A stretch of DNA of 44,983 nt from an uncultured virus (IMG/VR IMGVR_UViG_2049941000_000845) (Duplodnaviria > Heunggongvirae > Uroviricota > Caudoviricetes): IMG/VR virus record IMGVR_UViG_2049941000_000845, one strand, 5' to 3'. Positions 38,605-44,983 of the stretch are shown here, in pieces. Positions within the stretch are counted from its first letter, which is position 1; every line of letters starts with the position of its first letter. The translations under genes were made by a program, and so were the position numbers. The notes under the pieces were generated by a model. That model ran no database searches and was not told where the DNA came from. It was given only the letters and a program-made list of their open reading frames with translations.

Positions 38605-39098
38605 CACAGAGGACATCCCCGTCCTGACTCCCTATAACCCTCTTGACAAGCGTCACCTTGGTGAACAGGTCGCCGAGGCGCTTCTTGCGCAGGATATTCA
38701 GCCGCTGCCGCCGAGCAGGTTCATCGGTGNNNNNNNNNNCGTATACGCCCTTTACTACATAGGTGACCATCCTGCTTATGCGGCATTAGCCGAAGTCAAC
38801 AGAGATGACCAGTATCTTTGTCCCATCTATGTTGGCAAAGCCGTACCGGAAGGGGCGCGGAAAGGCGGTCAGGGAGAAGACGTCGATCCCGGTACCGCAC
38901 TGTATAAGCGGCTCAACGATCACGCCAAATCCATCGAGGCCGCGACAAATCTGAACCTTGCAGACTTCCGTTGCCGCTTCCTCGCTGTTGATGATATTTG
39001 GATTCCTCTTGCGGAATCGATGGTGATCGAGCGGTTCAAGCCTGTATGGAACTGCCTGCTTGAGGGCTTTGGGAATCACGCTCCCGGTCGCGGCCGCA
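38588..39098 (+). CDS. Eco29kI-family GIY-YIG restriction endonuclease (end lost in gap)
   Basis: YNPLDK..LG, VYALYY, PIYVGKAVP.GARKG, RL..H, WIPLAE, PVWN...GFGNH.PGRGR. Confidence 0.85.
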
Positions 39099-39108
39099 NN
39101 NNNNNNNN

Positions 39109-39791
39109 CTGTTGGCATGTCCGGCCCTCTTCTTGTGGCCATGCATAAAAGAACAGGGAAGAAATACCTTGTAAAGCACACATACCCGCATAACGCTGCC
39201 AACGAATATGTCGCCTGCTGGCTTGCAGAGAGAATTGGCGCACTGGCACCGAAAGCGTATCTTCTCAGTCCCAACAGAGCATTTGCAACCAAACACGCTG
39301 TCGCCATCGAATATCTTGATGGACTCCGGGGGTTCAAAAAGGATGATGTCCCGGAAGAACTGAAGTCAGACCTCATCTCCCAATTTGCGTTGTGTCTGCT
39401 ACTTCGACTTGACGACGCGATTCAGTTGAGCTGTACCGACGAACACGTATACTCCTACGATTATTCCGAAGGATTCAACATAGTGGATATGCGAATCATC
39501 CTCAGAGCGAGTGAAGAGGCAATGGTGGGTTTTCTCCGCCCACCGTTGCAGCAGTTCAAGCGGTTCACCGAAAAAGAGGACTTCAACGTACCCGGTCTTG
39601 CCCGTGAGTTTCATATTGCCCCGGAAGAAATGTGTTGCGGTATGATTGCCACCGTTAAGCGTGTTGCAACCATTACGGACGAGGAACTTGACGAGTTGTC
39701 CGACGAGTTAATGGAAATGTATCCGACTGCGATTGCCGTATACTACGAGGAATGTATCCATGCAATTCGAGATAGAGCAATGAGGCTTTAA
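39109..39791 (+). CDS. Divergent HipA-like kinase (start lost in gap)
   Basis: GMSGP, YLVK, NEYVACWLAERIG..P N-lobe; candidate catalytic D and YDYS metal-binding motif. Confidence 0.55.
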
Positions 39792-40016
39792 GAATCACTA
39801 ACACCTTCGCTAACATCTTCATTCATGCCAGTACTCTTTTATGTCTAAAAGCTGTATTGACTTCTGAAAGAAGCATGACGATAGCGTACGTAAAGATCCA
39901 TTCCTTCAGAAAGCACCGGAAAATCGAGGAATTCGCCGTATCGTTATCTAGGACTGCTGAAACGAGAAAATGCAAAGGGAACAACGGAAATCATTCGCCG
40001 GTTAACATTGATATAA

Positions 40017-41512
40017 CTAAAACACAGTATTCAGACCGTTATTTGATAATTCATATATTACATCGGCAACTTCATCCAAGTACATTCTATCATGTGAAAT
40101 ACTAATAATTGTTCCGTTGAATTCAGACAGTGCCGCTCTTATTACGGGAGCCGAAAGTGGAGAGAAGTTTCTTGTTGGTTCATCAAGAACAAGAACATTT
40201 GCATTTTGCAATACCATTCCTAGAAATATAATTTTTGCCCTCTGCCCACCACTTAATTCTCCGATTTTATGATGCATTTCATCTCTTGTAAACTTCATAG
40301 TCCCCATAAAAGTTAAGGCTTTGGTGTATGTTTCCTTGTCATATGTTGTTTGCAAATAGTCTACAGGCGTGCTATCGTAGTCAAGAACATCTCGGTAATC
40401 TTGTGGCATGTATCCTACAATGATATCCGTCCTGCCTTTGAGTTCATGCCATATCGTCTTTAGCAAAGTTGATTTTCCTGCCCCGTTTTTTCCAATAATA
40501 CACACATGCTGGCTTCCGATTACAGACAAAACAATATTTGTGGATAAGATTTTGCCATCTATCTTCAACTCAGGCAACTCGAGGTCAATTATTCTCTTCT
40601 GTGATGGGACAAAAATATTGCTATCAAACTTAGTAATTATCCCCGTTTCTCTATCAGGGATTTCTGTAAAATTGTCTTTTTCTCGTTCAAAGCGTTTCCC
40701 CTTAGAAACGATGGCTTGCATGCTTTTTTTTGCGTGACCATCAGACGATGCAATCCCATCAGGATTTTTCCAGCCAGTGTTATGCCGCGCTTTTTCGTAT
40801 AGTTGGAGAAGCCTTTCTCTTTTCTTTTTATATTCGCTCCTCTCTTTATGAGCTATCTGGTTTTGCCTATCAAACTGTAGGTTTCTGAATTTCAGATAGT
40901 CCTCATAGGTAAGTCTCGACACGGTAATGGAGCACTTTGTTTTGCGAATCAATTGTTCAATGTGAATAATTACATTAGCGCATGAAGATATCAGCATTTC
41001 ATCGTGAGATATAAAAATTATTGGGATAGCAGAATCGCGTATAAACGATTCAAGAAAAATGAGTGTATCAATATCTAAATCGTTTGATGGTTCATCTAAC
41101 AGTAAAGCATCCGGTTTATCTGATAGTAGTTTTAATAATTGTATCTTAATTTTCTCACCACCTGATAACGTGGAAATCTTTTGAGTTGAGAACAATAATT
41201 CGTACTCCAACCCCAAACTATTTATTATGTTNNNNNNNNNNAATCATCAAAAAAATCTGTGTCAGCTAAGTATTCTGCAACAGTAAGAAGCTGCTCATTC
41301 TCTCCCATGAATTGCGGCAAATAAGCCAGTATCCCATCACGTATGATTTCACCAGTATAGTGCGCATAGTTGCCAACTGTCTCTTCCGAGTATAACAGTT
41401 TTAGAAGTGTTGATTTCCCATTTCCTTCTTCGCCTATAATAGCAACTTTGTCAGATTGATTTAATGAGAAAGAAAAACCATCTATCAGAAGTCTGTCGTC
41501 CTTGCTTATATA
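40017..41512 (-). CDS. ABC-F family ATPase (two ABC domains, no membrane segments)
   Basis: GEEGNGKST / LSGGEK / LLLDEP / ISHD and GKNGAGKST / LSGGQR / VLDEP / ISHDR. Confidence 0.9.
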
Positions 41513-41927
41513 NNNNNNNNNNNNNNNNNNNNNNNNNNNNNNNNNNNNNNNNNNNNNNNNNNNNNNNNNNNNNNNNNNNNNNNNNNNNNNNNNNNNNNNN
41601 NNNNNNNNNNNNNNNNNNNNNNNNNNNNNNNNNNNNNNNNNNNNNNNNNNNNNNNNNNNNNNNNNNNNNNNNNNNNNNNNNNNNNNNNNNNNNNNNNNNN
41701 NNNNNNNNNNNNNNNNNNNNNNNNNNNNNNNNNNNNNNNNNNNNNNNNNNNNNNNNNNNNNNNNNNNNNNNNNNNNNNNNNNNNNNNNNNNNNNNNNNNN
41801 NNNNNNNNNNNNNNNNNNNNNNNNNNNNNNNNNNNNNNNNNNNNNNNNNNNNNNNNNNNNNNNNNNNNNNNNNNNNNNNNNNNNNNNNNNNNNNNNNNNN
41901 NNNNNNNNNNNNNNNNNNNNNNNNNNA

Positions 41928-42926
41928 TCCAGAATTATGTGGTGTCCATTATCAAAATCTATTCTTGTATAGAAAGGAGATTGTCGCCACCCAGAACTTT
42001 TATACTTAAATATAATATTGGAGACTTTAGCGCTTAAGGCATCCTCTAATTCTCTTATCCACGCACGATANNNNNNNNNNNNNNNNNNNNNNNNNNNNNN
42101 NNNNNNNNNNNNNNNNNNNNNNNNNNNNNNNNNNNNNNNNNNNNNNNNNNNNNNNGTTAACCCCCATACATATGAATTCAATGGTGTAAAGGTTAGCATA
42201 GTTTTTCCCCAGGAAAGAGTATATCGCCGCCACTTGGCAAGGACATCCTACAAACAGGACTAGGTTCCCAGACTCAATATCTTTCTTAATATTGGCGTAG
42301 ACATTTCTCATATCGCTTTGAACATATTTTGATTTTTGGAGAATCTTTAAGTCAGCTGCATTATCAATGCGCATATGAAGTACATCCATGCCGTCAGAGT
42401 ACCCTACGCCATAAACTTGCCCTCCATTATCAAGTATTTCTGTGGCGATCTCTGTGAAAAAACCTCCAGACGTACTTGCAAAACGTGTTTCGTCGTTTAC
42501 TGATCTGACGGCGAAGCATTTAGGAGAAATCGTACTCTGTGTCTTCAATTCACAGCTATTTCTTTTAACCACCACAGGACATCTAGCTTGACAGTTTTTG
42601 CAATTAGTACATTTAGACTCGTCNNNNNNNNNNTTGCTGTGAGTAGTTGATAGAATTACAACGGATGTGCCTTTATCATCATCTATCATTTTGTCAACTC
42701 CCCAATGATCGCCAACAACGAAATCGGCAACTCTATTTGTTCCATTAAAAACGCACTTAGAACAGCATTTCCTTACGAATAGTCCACCCATTAAATATCC
42801 TCGCNNNNNNNNNNGATATAAAAAGCCGGTGCGTTCATCCGGTTGCATCGTTATCGCTTGTCGGTCACACACGCTTGCGCACAAACCACACCCGACACAA
42901 TCATCTCTTGACATTCTACCAATCAT
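41928..42926 (-). CDS. 4Fe-4S ferredoxin plus FrhB-like protein of polysaccharide loci (gapped, one block misordered)
   Basis: CVGCGLCASVC, CTNCKNCQARCP, STSGG, SKYVQS, VGCPCQV, IC.GV, DFVVGDHWG. Confidence 0.8.
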
Positions 42927-42927
42927 C

Positions 42928-43515
42928 TTAGATACTCCACTCAACATTATGCTTTATGATTCTCGCAGGAACACCTGCAACTAAGCACATAGGGGGAACG
43001 TCTGTGCTTACCACTGCACCTGCCGCCACTATCGCTCCACGTCCCAATTTAACACCCGATAAAATAGTAGCGTTCGCACCAATCCAAACATGATCTTCTA
43101 TTACTATAGGTTGAGATCTTAATGTCCCGCCTATAGCATGAAAATCCGAATCCATAATTGAAACATTCCAAGCTATAGCACAATCGTTCCCGATGGAAAC
43201 ATTTTTAGTTACACGTATAACACAGTTGCTGTTGATGTAGGAATTTCCAATTGTTAGCAATGCNNNNNNNNNNACTATGAACCTTGCATTATCATCAAGG
43301 CGCAGCCTTGTTTCACCAAGAGTACTTGAGATAGAATTATAACCCAAGAATAGTTGGTCGTTAAGTATAATCTTAGCCCCGGCGCCATATTTAAACGCCA
43401 CAGGACCATTTAGTGACAGATTTTTTATGCCTGAATAGTGCTTTTTGAAGAAGAATGACTGTATGAGCTTTATCAGTAAGCATTCTATTCTCTTAAGAAA
43501 CATAGCACACCTCAT
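42928..43515 (-). CDS. Hexapeptide-repeat acyltransferase
   Basis: IGNDCAIA, DSDFH, IEDHVWIG, GAIVAAGAVV, VAGVPAR. Confidence 0.9.
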   Translation of the reverse strand: MRCAMFLKRIECLLIKLIQSFFFKKHYSGIKNLSLNGPVAFKYGAGAKIILNDQLFLGYNSISSTLGETRLRLDDNARFIXXXXALLTIGNSYINSNCVIRVTKNVSIGNDCAIAWNVSIMDSDFHAIGGTLRSQPIVIEDHVWIGANATILSGVKLGRGAIVAAGAVVSTDVPPMCLVAGVPARIIKHNVEWSI

Positions 43516-43535
43516 TTTCCTTCAAATAATCGTAA

Positions 43536-43855
43536 TTACATATACTCAACAATTTCGCCATCACCATACAGTAGTCTACCAGCATGAAATTTTTTTACTC
43601 CATAATTAGATAACAGGTCTTCAAATATACACTGATTGCTGTCCAGTTGCGTGTAGTTCTCACATGAAATCTCATGCCAAATATGGATAACATGAATAGT
43701 GCTTAGTCTTATCGGTTCTCCGAAGTTAATATACAGTAGGAATGCCATATAATCATCTTCCAGACCATATCCAATAAATCGCTCATTCCAAAATCCAACT
43801 TGTTCTAATGCACGTCTATTTATAAACCCAAAATTGCCAATATAGATGATATTTG
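43536..43855 (-). CDS. Glycosyltransferase C-terminal region (GT2/GT7-like)
   Basis: GNFG..R...VGFWNERFIGYGLEDD...HIWH. Confidence 0.72.
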
Positions 43856-44536
43856 NNNNNNNNNNNNNNNNNNNNNNNNNNNNNNNNNNNNNNNNNNNNN
43901 NNNNNNNNNNNNNNNNNNNNNNNNNNNNNNNNNNNNNNNNNNNNNNNNNNNNNNNNNNNNNNNNNNNNNNNNNNNNNNNNNNNNNNNNNNNNNNNNNNNN
44001 NNNNNNNNNNNNNNNNNNNNNNNNNNNNNNNNNNNNNNNNNNNNNNNNNNNNNNNNNNNNNNNNNNNNNNNNNNNNNNNNNNNNNNNNNNNNNNNNNNNN
44101 NNNNNNNNNNNNNNNNNNNNNNNNNNNNNNNNNNNNNNNNNNNNNNNNNNNNNNNNNNNNNNNNNNNNNNNNNNNNNNNNNNNNNNNNNNNNNNNNNNNN
44201 NNNNNNNNNNNNNNNNNNNNNNNNNNNNNNNNNNNNNNNNNNNNNNNNNNNNNNNNNNNNNNNNNNNNNNNNNNNNNNNNNNNNNNNNNNNNNNNNNNNN
44301 NNNNNNNNNNNNNNNNNNNNNNNNNNNNNNNNNNNNNNNNNNNNNNNNNNNNNNNNNNNNNNNNNNNNNNNNNNNNNNNNNNNNNNNNNNNNNNNNNNNN
44401 NNNNNNNNNNNNNNNNNNNNNNNNNNNNNNNNNNNNNNNNNNNNNNNNNNNNNNNNNNNNNNNNNNNNNNNNNNNNNNNNNNNNNNNNNNNNNNNNNNNN
44501 NNNNNNNNNNNNNNNNNNNNNNNNNNNNNNNNNNNN

Positions 44537-44983
44537 AAATCATATTGATCGTACCGTACAATTCCGATATGTTTTTTGCAAATTGAATAGTTTCCCTAAT
44601 ATTTTCATATGTTTCTCCAGGAAAACCTAAAACAAAGAATACAATGCATGGGAGATCATACTTATCACAAAGCCTAACTGCATTTATAATGCTGTCAGTT
44701 GTCAGCCTTTTATGGATAATATTTGTCCTTACTGTTTCATTTCCTGACTCAGCGGCGATTGATAGGCTTGAAAGACCAGATGCAATCATAAGTTGAATCA
44801 TTTCTTCATCTATCTTATCTGCTCGGACTCCATTGGGTGTATCCCAAGAAATATTTAAACTCGCCATCTCTTTGAATAATCTTTTGGCGCGATTAACATC
44901 TAATGTCAAGTTATCATCTTCAAAATGAAAGTGATTAATCCCAAAACGGACAATACACTTTTTCATTAACTCAAGTACATAAT
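44537..44983 (-). CDS. Radical SAM protein (B12-binding class-like), partial
   Basis: FHFEDDNL, NGVRAD, SIAAESG, FFVLGFPGET. Confidence 0.8.

Larger units (their letters stand above)
1..39800 (-). mobile_element. Prophage (siphovirus-like, HK97-type head), left end outside window; right boundary approximate
   Basis: Co-oriented replication, packaging, head and tail modules on the minus strand; composition turns AT-rich beyond ~39,850. Confidence 0.92.

Noticed and set aside
39060..39148. Endonuclease-kinase overlap or fusion ORFs
   Set aside because: Chimeric reading across a 10-N placeholder gap of unknown size
39857..40105. 82-aa plus-strand ORF or att-site gene remnant
   Set aside because: No RBS or motif, overlaps the ABC-F end, and no recognisable target-gene remnant
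40017..41512. ABC-F as an antibiotic resistance gene
   Set aside because: Subfamily cannot be assigned from motifs alone and nothing in the context supports resistance
43536..44966. Radical SAM-glycosyltransferase fusion
   Set aside because: Frame continuity is only through ~680 N

Overview
About 1-39,800 is a high-GC, siphovirus-type prophage of the kind seen in Bacillota/Clostridia. Its genes run on the minus strand from right to left: sigma-like regulator, DUF2800/DUF2815/PolA replication genes, primase-DUF3987, VRR-NUC, SNF2, late activator, HNH, TerS, a MetK-like gene plus two DNA methyltransferases, an amidoligase/GGCT accessory block, TerL, portal, Clp protease, capsid, neck, tail, tape measure, Dit and tail endopeptidase. 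The left end is cut off by the window, and no lysis genes or integrase are visible. At the prophage's right end is a plus-strand defence-like operon: an ABC-three-component (Lamassu-like) system, an XRE regulator, an Eco29kI-like restriction-modification pair and a divergent HipA-like kinase. After about 39,850 the DNA turns AT-rich and looks like host chromosome (ABC-F ATPase, FrhB-like Fe-S protein, acetyltransferase, glycosyltransferase, radical SAM). The most notable observations are a second protein nested out of frame inside the phage C5 methyltransferase, a tandem array of TRD-like modules in that enzyme, face-to-face promoters with helically phased repeats where a repressor would be expected, and three accessory cassettes sharing one promoter-like motif. 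The scaffold has many N gaps and several out-of-order blocks, so many ORF-track entries are chimeric. All family assignments come from motif recognition, not database searches.
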